From the NCBI RefSeq assembly GCF_006345805.1, contig NC_043017.1:11470001-11534000 (forward strand): DNA of 64,000 nt. The letters run 5' to 3'. The stretch's first letter is position 1. Every line of letters starts with the position of its first letter. The position numbers and the translations under genes were made by a program. This document shows positions 12,553 to 26,269 of the stretch, in pieces. Source of the stretch: Octopus sinensis (Eukaryota). The notes below the pieces were generated by a model. The model was not told the origin of the DNA and made no database searches. It was given only the letters and a program-made list of their open reading frames with translations.

Positions 12553-13341
12553 GACCATTTCTTATCCTTCAACTCCTCTCTCATCTCATCTTTTCCCCCT
12601 CATCCTCAACTTTGCCTGTTTCTCTTCCTCATCCTATTATTCTTTGCTTCTTCCTCCTCACTCAGTGTCTCCGACCACTTCTCGTTCCTGTATGGAGCTC
12701 AAATGGTCCTGTGTTCCTTGTCTGGTGCAACATGTTTACCTAATTTGGAGGAGGTAAAACTCTGCTCTCCGCCCCCCTCTCTCTCTCTCTCTGTCTTTTA
12801 TCTCTCTCCTTTCAACTTTCATTGGAAGAAGGATTCTGCCTGAATCACACACACATGCAGGCACACACACACACACACAGGCACGCACTCAGGCACACAC
12901 ACACATATCTATATATATATATCTATGTGTGTGTGTATATGTATATACACACATGCATACATATATATATGCATGTGTGTGTGTATATATATATACACAC
13001 ATACATACATATATAAATGCATGTGTGTGTATATATACATATATATGCATGTGTGTGTGTATATATACATATATATGCATGTGTGTGTGTATATATACAT
13101 ATATATGCATGTGTGTGTGTGTGTGTGTGTATATTGATTGTCGATGTATCAGAAAGACGCACACTAAAGAATAGAGCAATAAAATATAAAAACAAAAATT
13201 TAAAGTCTGGTCATCAAGTGACCAATGGTTTCATTGGTCACAAAAGCTACAGCCTTGTGGACAGCGAATCAGACCCTATGGAGTCTGATGAGCTGTCCAT
13301 GCACAAGGCTGTCCACAAGGCTATATATTGTGAGTAAAGAA

Positions 13342-13572
13342 GGCGGCGAGCTGGCAGAAACATTAGCACGCCGGGCGAAATGCGTTGCCGTATTTCGTCT
13401 GCCGTTACGTTCCGAGTTCAAATTCCGCCGAGGTCGACTTTGCCTTTCATCCTTTCGGGGTCGATAAATTAAGTACCAGTTACGCGCTGGGGTCGATGTA
13501 ATCGACATAATCCCTTTGTCTGTCCTTGTTTGTCTCCTCTGTGTTTAGCCCCTTGTGGGTAGTAAAGAAATA
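13342..13572 (+). mobile_element. tRNA-derived SINE family B with ~20-bp TSD
   Basis: Head GGCGGCGAGCTGGCAGAA, B box GAGTTCAAATTCC; TATATATTGTGAGTAA(A/C)GAA at 13322-13341 and 13573-13592. Confidence 0.9.
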
Positions 13573-14093
13573 TATATATTGTGAGTAACGAAGTGAATTA
13601 CTCCCTTTCAGCATGGCAAGACCAGCGACCATGGTTTCTGGGTCTTTACCCTTCATCAGTACTGGACACCTACCTGATAAAGATAGCAGTCGATTATCCC
13701 TACTTGTATTATATAAACAGAGAAGTGCAAACAGCTGCTGATCTTGTAATGAGCAAAACAGCTTGTTCTAAAATCCCTAAACGAGATATGAGTAGTATAT
13801 ATATACTGGACACAGGGTATGTATAGTTAACCAGCTGGAAAAGACATTTTCCTGGGGTTAAAATGTAGTAACGTAGCTCTTTATAAAACACCCATGTTAT
13901 AGTGGGCAGCAAAAAAAAAAAGTTTCCGTGTATATATATATATGTATGTATATATATATATATATATATATGTATATGGTATTTAATATATTAGTATATA
14001 TATATGTATATTAGTATATATATATGTATATATATATATATGTATAAATAAAATATAAGAGAGTGGTCACTATATGGTATATATATATATGTA

Positions 14094-14146
<53 letters not shown>

Positions 14147-14519
14147 TATATATATATGTATATATATGTATATATATATATATATATATATGTGTATATA
14201 TGTATATATAATATGTATATAAAAATTATATGTATATATATATATATAATATATATATATATAGACACACATGGAAACTATGTGTATGTATGTATTTATG
14301 TTTTTATATATACATTTACATACATACGTACGTAAAACACATACCTTGCATTACAGAAATGCTGAAATCTTGTTATGTAACATTATGTAACAGGGAAATC
14401 ACTGCTAAAACAAGTTTCTGTACAAGTCTACCATGCTTCTGCAGCACAGGGACTACCAACACAGAAGTGTAAACAATAACAACACTAACAACATGACATT
14501 GATATACGTCTATGCATGA

Positions 14520-14935
14520 GTATATAAATATGTGCATGTGAGTGTGTGTGTGTGTGTGTGTATACACATACACACATACATACATACACACATACATACA
14601 TACACACATACATGCATACATACATACATACATAATACATGCATACATACACACACATACATACATACATACACACATACATACATACACACATACATGC
14701 ATACATATATACATACATACATACATACACACACTACATACATACATACATACATACACACGTACATACGTACATACATACACTACATACATACATACAC
14801 ACACACATACATACATACATACATCAGTACATACATACATACATACATACATACATACATACATACATACATACATCATACATACATACATACATACATA
14901 CATACATACATACATACATACATACATACTTATGT
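14520..14935. repeat. Long imperfect (TACA)n microsatellite
   Basis: Seen directly; explains the poly-HTYI/MYVC ORFs. Confidence 0.95.
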
Positions 14936-15077
14936 ACATTCATTCTGTTGTATGTTATGACAATTTTGAGGCAATCAAACTCTTGTGAATAAATTTGATA
15001 GACAGAAACTGTATAAATCCTCTGATATACATGTGTGCGTGTGTGTGTGTCCATGAATGTGTTTATGTTTGCTAGAG

Positions 15078-15278
15078 CAGTGGTTTTCAACCAGGGTTCC
15101 GCCAGTACAGTCCAGGGGTTCCGCAAGAAGTTACAAAACTGCTAAAATCGGCAGTAATTTTTAATTCTCCTGTGCAGATATGTGTGCATAAGACTATTAA
15201 ATTATTGCACAGGGGTTCCTCGAGCCAGTGGAATGTTTCCTTGGGGTTCCGCTCCAGTAAAAAGTTTGAAAAGCACTG
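15078..15278. mobile_element. hAT-type MITE, 201 bp, 8-bp TSD
   Basis: Termini CAGTGGTTTTCAA...TTGAAAAGCACTG; TSD TGCTAGAG at 15070-15077 and 15279-15286. Confidence 0.9.
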
Positions 15279-15762
15279 TGCTAGAGTAAACCAGTATCAA
15301 GATGTATTCTTATAGGTTTTTAAGCTATAACTTAGAGATTCGATAAACAGTAATTGATAAAGTGAATGCAAGAAAGAAATAATGACTAGCAAAGTCAATA
15401 TAGGCAGTGCTCCAGCTTGGCTGCCATCCAAGAAATAAAATTAGTGGAAAAGAATGTGGAAAAAGAATCTCATTGGTCACCATGTGTACCCTACATGAAC
15501 CCTACACAACCCAAAACTAATAGGTCCCTGCTTCTTTTTTTGAGGGTCTCTTTTACCACTACCACACCTGCCATGACCATCACTGCTACTGCTACCACCA
15601 CCCCCGACAACAACACCTACTACCACCACCACTACAACTACTACCACTGTCACCACTACCTTTCTTGTTAACTCTGTTACAAGGATAAGCAATTTACCTC
15701 CATCACATGGCATCACTTTAAAGAAAGCAACGCCATTATCAATATTATCATTATCATCATCA

Positions 15763-15796
<34 letters not shown>

Positions 15797-16386
15797 ATTA
15801 AAGTACATCTCATAACTACAAATGGTACCAATCAGTTGAATTTTCATTTACTTTTTTTGACCATTTATTGCCTTTTTTGGTTTTTCTTTTTTCACATAAT
15901 GACATATTGAGAAAATTTAAGTTCAAATCTCTCACTCTCCCCTACTCTCTCCCTCTTTTCTCCCTTACTCTCTCTCTCTCTCTCTTTCGCTTCTAGTTCT
16001 ATTTCTATCCATATATGTCAAAATTAATAACTCACACATGCTGGTAACAAGCAATGATTTAGTATTCTTAATAATAATAATAATAATCTTTTCTTCTAAA
16101 GGCACAAGGCCTGAAATTTGGTGGGAGGAGGATAATTGATTACATCAGCCCCAGTATTCAACTGGTACTTATTTTATTGACCCCTGAAAGGATAAAAGGT
16201 AAAGTTGGCCTTGGCAGAATTTGAACTCAGAACATAAAGAATGATGAAATGCTGCTAAGCTTTTTGCCTGGTGTGCTAACAATTCTGGAATTTGATCTCA
16301 AAACGTCACAACGGGTGAAATGCCGCTAAGCATTTAGCTCAGCATGCAAATAATTCTGCCAGTTTGCAATAATAATACATTGTTTT

Positions 16387-16745
16387 AATAATAATGAATA
16401 ATGAAATTATTGTATACAGTGCTCAGGTGCACCACAACTTGATAGAAAGTGTGTATAAAGTATACGCAGTAATATACAAATGTCTGGAAAGCGAACAATG
16501 TATGCTTGTGTGTGTATGGAGGGGAGGAAATCAGGTGTAGTGTTGGCGAATCTCAGAAAGCATGGAAGTTTTGAAGGATGCAGTGCTCCAACAACTAACA
16601 ACTGATGCCGACAGTTTGTTCTATGCTTCAGCAACTCTCAGCGTGAAAAAATGTTTCCTAAAGTCATGGGAGCTGTGCTGTTTTCTGACTTTGTAAATAT
16701 GTCCACGGGTGTTAGACGGGTGGAGTTTGAAAAGGTGCTCAGAGT
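16387..16745 (-). mobile_element. CR1/L2-group LINE 3' end
   Basis: Minus-strand translation ...NTRGHIYKVRKQHSSHDFRKHFFTLRVAEA.NKLP... matches the conserved CR1-type C-terminus. Boundaries approximate. Confidence 0.75.
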
Positions 16746-16789
16746 TATTGTTTGTAAGATGGTTGATAATTTTATGGGTGTCTTGCTAT

Positions 16790-17686
16790 AAAAGATGGGC
16801 TACATTCGACATGCTCAAATGGTGCTTTTACATGTCACCTGCACAGGAGCCAGTCCAGTGGCACAGGCAATGCCCTCGCACGAATGTTGTTTTCACGTAC
16901 CACCGGCACAAGTGCCAGTAAGGTAATGCTGGTAACGATCACGGTTGAATGGTGCTTTTTACGTGCCACCGACATGGGGTTCAATCGGTGGCCCTGGCAA
17001 CGATCATGCTCGGATGGTGCTCTTAGAAATCCACTAGTATGGATGCCAGTCATGCAGTGCTGTCATCGAATTTGATTTCGATTTCACTTGCCTCAACAGC
17101 TCTTCACAAGCAGAGTTTAGTGTCCAATGAAAGAAAGGTACACCTAAGTGGGTTGGTTACACCACTGGCATAGGCCATAGTTTATGGTCTCACTTGGCTT
17201 GCCAGGTCTTCTCAAGCACAGCATATTTCCAAAGGTCTTGGTCACTAGTCACTGCATCGGTGAGGCCTAATGTTCGAAGGTCGTGCTTCACCACCTCATC
17301 CCAGGTCTTCCTGGGTCTACTTCTTCCACAGGTTCCCTCAACCGCTAGGGTGTGACACTTTTTCACACAGTTATCCTCATCCATTCTCACCACATGACTA
17401 TACCAGCGCAGTCGTCTCTCTTGCACACCGCATCTGATGCTTCTTAGGTCCAACTTTTCTCTCAAGGTACTTACACTCTGTCGAGTATGCGCACTGACAT
17501 TACACATCCAGCGGAGCATACTGGCTCCATTCCTTGTGAGCTTACGCATGTCCTCAGCATTCACAGCCCATGTTTCACTGCCATGTAGCATGGCTGTTCA
17601 TACACATGCATCATACAGTCTATCTTTTACTCTGATCGCGAGGTCTTTTGTCACCAGCAGAGGTAGGAGCTCTCTGAACTTTGCCC
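16790..17686 (-). mobile_element. RTE-type LINE 3' portion (ORF C-terminus plus 3' UTR)
   Basis: WAKFRELLPLLVTK...MLHGSETWAV...RRLRW.SHVVRM...RPRKTWDEVVK; UTR related to the 5040-5340 sequence. Confidence 0.88.
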
Positions 17687-18319
17687 ATATATATATATAT
17701 ATATATATGTTTATGGATGTTTTTATATATATTGTATGTGTATATGTGCATATATGTCTGTGTGAATGTATATTTATATATGCATACACACACACACATA
17801 CACAACACATTGTGTCTATATAAGCAACAGAGTTAATTTATACATCTACATATACATACATACATATGTGTGTGTGTGTGTGTGTGTGTACTGTAAGCAT
17901 GCACTGCAAAGTGCAGTGTCAAATTTCTGATTGTCTGGTGAAAGGAAACACCAGGATATTCTATGACAGACCCTCTGCGAATAGAGAAGAGGAGAGAGAA
18001 ATGAAGAGAGAGAGAGAGAGAGACGAAGAGAGAGGGGAGAGAGAGAGGCAGATGGAGAAGGAAAGGAAGAGACGGTGTATTTACATTTGGCAATGTTTGC
18101 TGCGGTACTTGTATGTGAAGTGAATAACACTTGTGAATGTGTCAAGAGGGAGGAATCAGGGTGAATGGATAGGGAGCGACTTTGATACTAGAAACGAAAA
18201 TAATTTACCAGCAACACACACACACGCACACACATGCATGCACACACACACACACACGCATGCACACACACACGTTTGTATATGATACAAATAATGATTT
18301 CTTTATATGTACAATAACA

Positions 18320-19202
18320 ATAATAATTATGATGGTGATAAAAAGGGACAATGATGACGATGATGAAGATGAGAATGATGTTGATGATGATGTGGAAGTT
18401 GGTAAGGATAACGATTATGATGATATTGATGATGATTAGGATGATGCAAAGGAGGAGGAGATGGAGGATGTTGGTCGTGATGATGATGATGAGGAGGAGG
18501 AGGAGGAGGAGGAAGACGGAAGGAAGATGATGAAAATGATGTTGATGATGATGAGAATGGGAGGATGGTGATGTTGCTGGAGGTAGTGATGATGGTGGTC
18601 ATGGTGATGGTTGTGGTGGTGATGATGATGATGGTGGTGGGGTGGTGTCGATGGTAGTGGTGATGATGATTTAGAAAAGAAAAAAAATAATCCTTAGACT
18701 TTGACCTCAGGAAGACACTTTTAATTTCTTTAGTTTCCTTGTGTTTTTGTTCTCTTCTTTTACTGCCAAATCTTTTTCTTTCATTTCTTTTCTATTTCCA
18801 TTTTTTTCTATTTTTGTCAACTTTTAAAGTGCTTCACCTTTTTATTGTTAATTATTCCCCAGAACCAACCACCAGATTCAAAACTGTGTTTTGGTGGAAG
18901 TCAGAGGTCTAAAACTGGTCTCGTTTAACCTTGAGAGATTGAAATGCTGCTAATTAAACTGCACTGGCATCGTTAGAATTTGTTGTCATTCCAGCTTGAA
19001 GCCACTTTAACCATTTATTTTAATGAAGGACGGACACAAACAATAAACACAACAACTAGATTTGGATCCATTGAGATTTGCTTTGGTTTGTCTGTTTCTT
19101 AGATTTGATCCACAGAAATAATGGTTGATATGTCATCATCATCATCTTCCTATTCCTCCTCATTATGATCAGAAACATCCTCATCTTCTTTATCATTATC
19201 TT

Positions 19203-19234
<32 letters not shown>

Positions 19235-19430
19235 TAACAGCAGCAGCAGTAGCAACAGCATTGTCAATATCATCATCATCATTATCATCCTGCTCTTCCT
19301 CTTGCTCTTCATTCTCCTCATCATCATCATCACAATCACCTTCCTCACCACCATCTTCATCATCATCATCAACATCATCCTCATTGTTGTTAACATCATT
19401 TTCCTCTTGTTATTCATCATCGTCGTCATG
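18320..19430. repeat. (GAT/GGT)n block (~18320-18670) and (CAT)n block (~19130-19430)
   Basis: Seen directly; source of the poly-D, poly-M, poly-S and poly-I ORFs. Confidence 0.9.
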
Positions 19431-20005
19431 TCCACCCTTGCAAGAGTAGAGTGATAGAGAGAGAGAGAAAAAGAAAGACAGAGAGAAAGAGAGAGAGAGA
19501 GAGATGTGAGGATGCACTCAGCAGCTGCTCGTTTTCACCTGAGCAGACTGGAGCAGCTGCAGCAACAGCATGAAGTGAAGAGGCTTGCTGAAGGAGATGG
19601 CATGCCACCAGATGCAGGAATTGAACCCACATTCAAATGATCAGACACCCAGTGGCCTAATCATTAAACCACACACTTTCAATACCCAGAGCGCATTAAC
19701 TGTAATCCTTTCTACTATAGACACAAGGCCTGAAACTTTATGGGAGGGGACAAGTCAATTACATCGAAACCGGTGTGTAATTCATTGATTATGTTGACCC
19801 CCGAAACGATGAAAGGACAATGAGAGGACAATGTTGAACGAATGTGGTATTAGCATAACACTTCAATGGGAAGAGAACGAGTCTCTGCTGTTTTGCACAT
19901 TAGTCTTTCATCAGAAGAGAAAAGAAAAGCTTAGAAAGAGAAATAGTCAACGAGAAGAAAGGAGGGAGGTAGATAGACAGACAGGCAGACAAATAGGTAG
20001 ATAGG

Positions 20006-20036
<31 letters not shown>

Positions 20037-20051
20037 GTGTATATATATATG

Positions 20052-20293
20052 CACCAACTGATAGTGGCCATTGCCAGCTTCCGTTGCCAGCCTCCCCTGA
20101 CACCTGTGCCGGTGGAACGTAAAAGGCACCCACTACACTCACAGAGTGGTTGGCGTTAGGAAGGGCATCCAGCTGTAGAAACATTGCCAGATCAGATTGG
20201 AGCCTGGTGCAGCCTCTTGGCTTCCCAGACCCTGGTCGAACCGTCCAACCCGTTCTAGCATGGAAAACAGATGTTAAACAATGATGATGATGA
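20052..20293 (+). mobile_element. RTE LINE 3' UTR fragment with (GAT)n tail (further copies ~22055-22195 on -, ~43255-43487 on +)
   Basis: Shared GTTAGGAAGGGCATCCAGCTGTAGAAAC...GTTAAAC(GAT)n motif. Confidence 0.8.
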
Positions 20294-20299
20294 TATATA

Positions 20300-20300
20300 G

Positions 20301-20357
<57 letters not shown>

Positions 20358-20849
20358 TAGAATTTTTAATAGAATTTTTCTTATTTTTCTGGAACTTAAA
20401 ATTTCATGCCGATGAAAAACTGTATTTATTCAGCAAGAATTCAAATAATAAATGGCACTCCATTGTTGTAGCTCATTCACATCAACTGCAATAGTTATGT
20501 AATATTTGCGACTTGAGATCTGATGGAATAAATACTAATTTCCTACAGCATGAAACCATAGGTTCCAGAAAGATAAGCAAAACTTCTACTAAAAGGGATT
20601 ATTTATCCATCTTCCCAGTGTTGAGTACTTATGCTTCTAGTTTGTTACTAACACACACACACTAACACATGCACACACACACACACACACACACAATACA
20701 AACATGCATACATACACACATATACATGCACATACTTGTACACATATTTGAACACAGCTCATTCATCCTCTGCCAAATTTACTGCCTAATAAATCCAATA
20801 TGTTTTTCTATATATATATGTATATATATATATGTGTGTGTGTATATAT

Positions 20850-20909
<60 letters not shown>

Positions 20910-21225
20910 CAGATAGAATTTTTAATAGAATTTTTCTTATTTTTCTGGAACTTAAAATTCATGCCGATGAAAAACTGTATTTATTCAGCAAGAATTCAAA
21001 TAATAAATGGCACTCCATTGTTGTAGCTCATTCACATCAACTGCAATAGTTATGTAATATTTGCGACTTGAGATCTGATGGAATAAATACTAATTTCCTA
21101 CAGCATGAAACCATAGGTTCCAGAAAGATAAGCAAAACTTCTACTAAAAGGGATTATTTATCCATCTTCCCAGTGTTGAGTACTTATGCTTCTAGTTTGT
21201 TACTAACACACACACACTAACACAT

Positions 21226-21256
<31 letters not shown>

Positions 21257-21392
21257 TACAAACATGCATACATACACACATATACATGCACATACTTGTA
21301 CACATATTTGAACACAGCTCATTCATCCTCTGCCAAATTTACTGCCTAATAAATCCAATATGTTTTTCTATATATATATGTATATATATATA

Positions 21393-21429
<37 letters not shown>

Positions 21430-21430
21430 T
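20300..21430. repeat. Direct tandem duplication, period ~556-560 bp
   Basis: ACAGATAGAATTTTTAATAG starts at 20353 and 20909; the copies differ only by a 1-nt homopolymer indel and microsatellite lengths. Confidence 0.92.
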
Positions 21431-22199
21431 CATACATACACACACACATATAAATTGAAGAGACATTAGACTAAGTAAGGGATATTTAGCTGCAGATTTT
21501 AGTGGGATGAGTGACAATACAGAGGCTTCCCTCCTCATTGGCTTGTCTCCAATTAAGATTTAAAACAGATGGCCAATTGGTTTTGAAGAATGAAATAAAA
21601 TAAAATAAATAATAAGATAAATATAAAATAAAAGTTAACAATCAAATAAATAAAAGATCAAAATAAGAATCAAATAAATAAAAAAAATTGAATAAAATAC
21701 ATAAAAAAATTAATAAAATGAAAGCAAATAAATTCTTAATGCTACCCTAAAATAACAATATTCAAGCCAGAACATGGTTTTAGTGTTGTTGAGTGCAAAC
21801 TGGGTACTTTTGTCACTGAGTTGCATCACATCGCAGGACTGTGATACAGAACTGCAGATTGTAAAATGTTCTTAGTAGTGCTGAGTTTAACTATGTCAAC
21901 TTAAATTTCCACCCCCACCTTGCTATCTGATCTCATGACTGCATGTGATAGTAATACAGGCGGCTATATTCCATGTCATTGGTGAGATATTAATTCATGT
22001 GTAAATATGTTTGAAAATGCTACTTCATAATAATAATAATAATAATCATCCTCATCATCATCGTTTAACGTCCGTTTTCCATGCTAGCATGGGTTGGACG
22101 ATTTTGACTGATGGCTGGCGAACTATGATGGCTGCACCAGGCTCCAATCTTGATCTGGCAGAGTTTCTACAGTTGGATGCCCTTCCTAATGTCAATAAT

Positions 22200-22647
22200 A
22201 ATAATAATAATAATAATAATACTGAAAGCATTAGACCTGAAATTTTGGGAGAGGAGACTAGTCGATTACATCGACCCCACTGTCTCACTGGTACTTAATT
22301 CATCGATCCCAAAAGGATGAAAGGCAAAGTCAACCTCGGCAGAATTTGAACTCAGAATGGAGCATGGGTGAAAACCCACTAAGCATTTCGCTCACCATGC
22401 TAACAATTGTGCCAGCTCACCATCTTAAAATAATAATAATAATACTGAAAGCATTAGACCTGAAATTTTGGGAGAGGAGACTAGTCGATTACATCGACCC
22501 CACTGTCTCACTGGTACTTAATTCATCGATCCAAAAGGATGAAAGGCAAAGTCAACCTCGGCAGAATTTGAACTCAGAATGGAGCAGTGGGTGAAAACCC
22601 ACTAAGCATTTCGCTCACCATGCTAACAATTGTGCCAGCTCACCATC

Positions 22648-22650
<3 letters not shown>
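22200..22650 (-). repeat. Tandem duplication (~223 bp) of a SINE-B-head element separated by (AAT)n
   Basis: ACTGAAAGCATTAGACCTG...GCTCACCATCT occurs twice, differing by single-base indels. Confidence 0.85.
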
Positions 22651-22703
<53 letters not shown>

Positions 22704-22710
22704 TAAATAA

Positions 22711-23266
22711 ATGCCCTGATGCAGTACCAGACAGTGGCTCTCATGGCTTCTGATCTTAATTGACTGGAAGTGTTATCATGTACATTGTTTTGTCTTGGTA
22801 TTAAAAAAATGCACTACAGCAAATATTCTGCTCATAACCACAGATTTTCTTGTCAGTTGTTTGACCGTAACCAGTTGAGCATGTCCCTTAGTGGCTGACG
22901 ATATGTGCATCTCTGATCACGAGCAGAAGTAGTGGGGGAGCATCATAGCCATGTTTTGAGAGGGATTCTTTGGGGTTTGAATAATTCATCTCTGGAAACA
23001 TGGGTGTTTTGTTCAATATCCTTAAACAACCCTTATTCAGGGACCTTTTGAGCAGGATGGGTTACTCGACCAGAAGAAAATTCTAACTGGCCCCCACCTG
23101 CAAGGTCATGTGCTGTTTATCTTGACATGAGATCACCATGTCACGCACATGTTGTGATGCATGTGCCTGGTGTACCCTTATCAGATGGGTAGTCATGATG
23201 GGTATACTGGGCTTCGTATATTTTACTCCAGTGTCACTTTGATGGCATGCACTGCTCTCTCACTCA
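22711..23266 (-). mobile_element. ~555-bp non-coding repeat inserted in (AAT)n; second copy at 31794-32347 in opposite orientation
   Basis: The two copies are reverse-complement homologues; (AAT)n-type tracts abut both ends. Strand label is arbitrary. Confidence 0.8.
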
Positions 23267-23529
23267 ATAATAACAATAAACCTTTTTACTATAGGCACGA
23301 GGCCTAAAATTTTGGTGTAGGGAGCTAGTTGATGACATTACCCCCAATGCTCAACTGGTACTTATTTTATTGACCCTGAAAGGTTGAAAGGCAAAGCTGA
23401 CAGCAGTAGAATTTGAACCCAGAATGTAAAGACGGATGAAATGCCAGTAAGCATTTTCACAGGCATGTTAACCATTCTACCAGCTCACTGCCTGGCTATT
23501 TCATAATAATAATAATAATAATTATAAAG

Positions 23530-25090
23530 CTGCCAGCAAAAAGTCATCCATTTGTTTTTCATGGATGACCTCAAACTTTATGGTAAAGATGAAGCCCAAG
23601 TCAGTTCCATCGTTGATATGGTGTATACCTTCAGAGCTGATATCAGAATGGAGATCGGACTGAGAAAGTGAGGTATGTTAGTCTTGAAGAGAGGCAAAAT
23701 CAAATGTATGGACAGGCTAACATTACCGTCGGGGGAGTTTATGAAATAGATAGAAGAGACGGGCTACAAGTACTTGGGGATTTTGGAATTGGATAAATTG
23801 ATGGAGAAAGAAACGATAGAAAAATTTAAGGTGGAGTACTTGCGCAGACTGATACTGATCCTTAAGTCAAAATCAAATGGACGGAATAAGATCGAAGCTA
23901 TCAATATCTGGGCAGTTTCACACCTTAGATATGGAGCAGGGGTAATCGCATGGACAGTAGACAAACTAAACAGCTTAGATAGAAAGATAAGGAAGTTGCT
24001 AACCAGATATGGGTCACTCCACCCAAAAAGTGACACAGATAGACTGTATGTAACAAGAAAAAGAGAGGAAGAGGACTTATTGGATGCAAACACAGCATTA
24101 AAGGAGAAGAAAACAACATAGCATGGTATGTAAAAAATGCCACAGAACTGCTTTTATTGGAAGTAAGAAGGTTAGGTTTGTGTGGGATGGAAGATTGCAA
24201 AGATAAAGCACTGTACAAGGACTTGAGAATGAATGAAACTGAAAATAGGTGGGTAAAGAAAAGAATGCATGGACAGTTCCAAGGGGATGTTGAAGATAAG
24301 ACAGACAGTGAATAAAGATAGCTATGGATGACTAAAAGTGATTTAAAACCGGAAACGGAGGCTCTAATCTGTTCTGCCCAAGAGCAAGCACTAAGAAAAA
24401 ACTACATAAAATACAGAATAGACAACACAGCAGAAAGTGATAAGTGCAGAATCTGTGGACAAAACGGTGAAACCGTATGGCATATTACCAGCCAATGTAC
24501 ACCACTAGCCCAGAAAGAATATAAGAGATGCCACAACAATATAGCCAGGCTTGTCCATTGGACACTTTGCAACAAGTATGGACTTGACAGAGCAAAAAAT
24601 TGGTACGACCACAAATCTGAAGGCATCATCAAAAATAGAAATGCAAAGATCCTGTGGGATTTTGTGATTCAGTGCAACCATGAGATAGAGAATTGGAAGT
24701 CGGACATAGTCCTAATTGAGAAAGAAAACAAACTATGCTGGATCATAGATATAGCATGCCCAGTTGACAACAAGGTATGCAATAAGGAAGAAAGAAAAGT
24801 CAATAGATATGAGAGGTTAGCTTGGGAAGTTAAGCAGTTGTGGTCAATGACAAAGGTAGCAGTAGTACCAATAATTGTTGGATCCCTGGGAACAGTGAGC
24901 AAAAATCTCGAGAAGTACATGGAACAAATAGGGGCTGCAGTAAGGGTGGAGCACTCACAGAAAACAGCACTGCTTGGAACCACTCAAATACTCTGGAAGG
25001 TGCTTGAAAAATAAGAGGTGTTACTGGTAGTGAACAGGTGACACTAGTACATCTCCAGCGTTAGAAGCTGTGCAAAGGCAATAATAATAA
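23530..25090 (+). mobile_element. 5'-truncated R4/Dong-like non-LTR retrotransposon (RT C-terminus, CCHC finger, restriction-like endonuclease) in (TAA)n
   Basis: HLFFMDDLKLY (RT catalytic motif), CRICGQNGETVWHITSQC (zinc knuckle), ILWDF...DIVL...IIDIACP (RLE-type); frameshifts; 3' tail (AAT)n. Confidence 0.85.
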
Positions 25091-25462
25091 CTGTAATAAT
25101 AATAAATAATAATAATCTTCCTGGACACTAAGGTCAACTGACCTCTCCAATTCCTGTTCTCTGACGCAAAGGTCTATTCTCACTCTTGCCATTTTTGCCA
25201 CTTTCAATTATGTTTCAACAAATTCATTCTGGTAAAAAGAAATGGTTTTAAAGTTTGTCACCTGCTTAACAATTTTAAGGAAAGAGGGTAAAGTTGATTA
25301 CATTGAGCCCAGTATTTCTCTGGTCCTTTATTTTATTGACCCTGAAAGGATGAAAGGCAAAACTGACCAGAAGAAAACGAATTGGAAGGAATGATGTTAA
25401 GCATTTTGTCAAAAATGCCACTTTATGCCTTCTTTTCATAATTATAATATAAAGGGTAAAGA

Positions 25463-25797
25463 TCCCCTTCGGTCATGAATGACCATGGGATTGCACCTAG
25501 AAAGTTACCCTCCTAGACACAAGTCTGGGCAAGGTTGTTTATGGAAGACCAGCAGTCGCCCATGCATACCAGCCTCCCCTCTCCACGTCACCGATGTTGT
25601 CCAAGGGAAAGGCAAAGGGGCCGATACAGCTTGGCACCAGTGACATCGCAACTCATTTCTACAGCTGAGTGAACTGGAGCAACATGAAATAAAGTGCCTT
25701 GCTCAAGAACACAACACGCAGCCCGGTCTGGGATTCGAGCTCACAACCACACGATCGTAAGCTCGACGCTCTAACCACTGAGCCATGCGCCTTCACA
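25463..25797 (-). mobile_element. tRNA-derived SINE family F
   Basis: Reverse complement GTGAAGGCGCATGGCTCAGTGG...; central CTTGAGCAAGGCACTTTATTTC core; its tail also occurs at 28012-28204. Confidence 0.8.
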
Positions 25798-26269
25798 CAA
25801 ACCAATTATAATATAATTGGTTTTAAATTTTGGCAGTTGATTTCATTGACCCCAGTACACAACTGGTACTTATTTTATTGACCCCCAAAAGGATGAAAGG
25901 CAAGGTCAATCTTGATGGTAGTTGAACTCAGAACATAAAAGCAGATGAAGTGCTGCTAAGCATTTTGCTTGGCATGCTAACAATTCTGCCAATAATAATA
26001 ATAATAATATTGGCTTCAAATTTTGGCACAAGGCCAGGGAAGGGAAGGGAATGGGAATGGGGCAGTTATATTAACCCCAGTGCTTCACCGGTCCTTTATT
26101 TAATTGACCCCCACCAAAAAAAAGGACGTAAGGTAAAGTTGAGAGGGGAGGGGTTTAAACAAAGAACACAAAATGCCAGAACAAATATCACAAGACACCT
26201 TTTTCAATGCTTTAATGATTCTGTGAATCTGGCAACTTCATTTCATACTATTTAACAACCACACACACA

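Noticed and set aside
13266-13298. CTGATGA with nearby GAA suggesting a hammerhead
   Set aside because: Only 16 nt separate GAA(T) and CTGATGA, too few for stems I and III; it is a plain hairpin.
19520-19680. Coiled-coil-like peptide RLEQLQQQHEVKRLAEG on +
   Set aside because: Aligns by eye to a degenerate minus-strand SINE core (GACTGGAGCA...GAAGTG..TTGCT.AAGGA).
24328-25014. 228-aa ORF as a host gene
   Set aside because: It is the zinc-knuckle/RLE region of a disrupted non-LTR retrotransposon.
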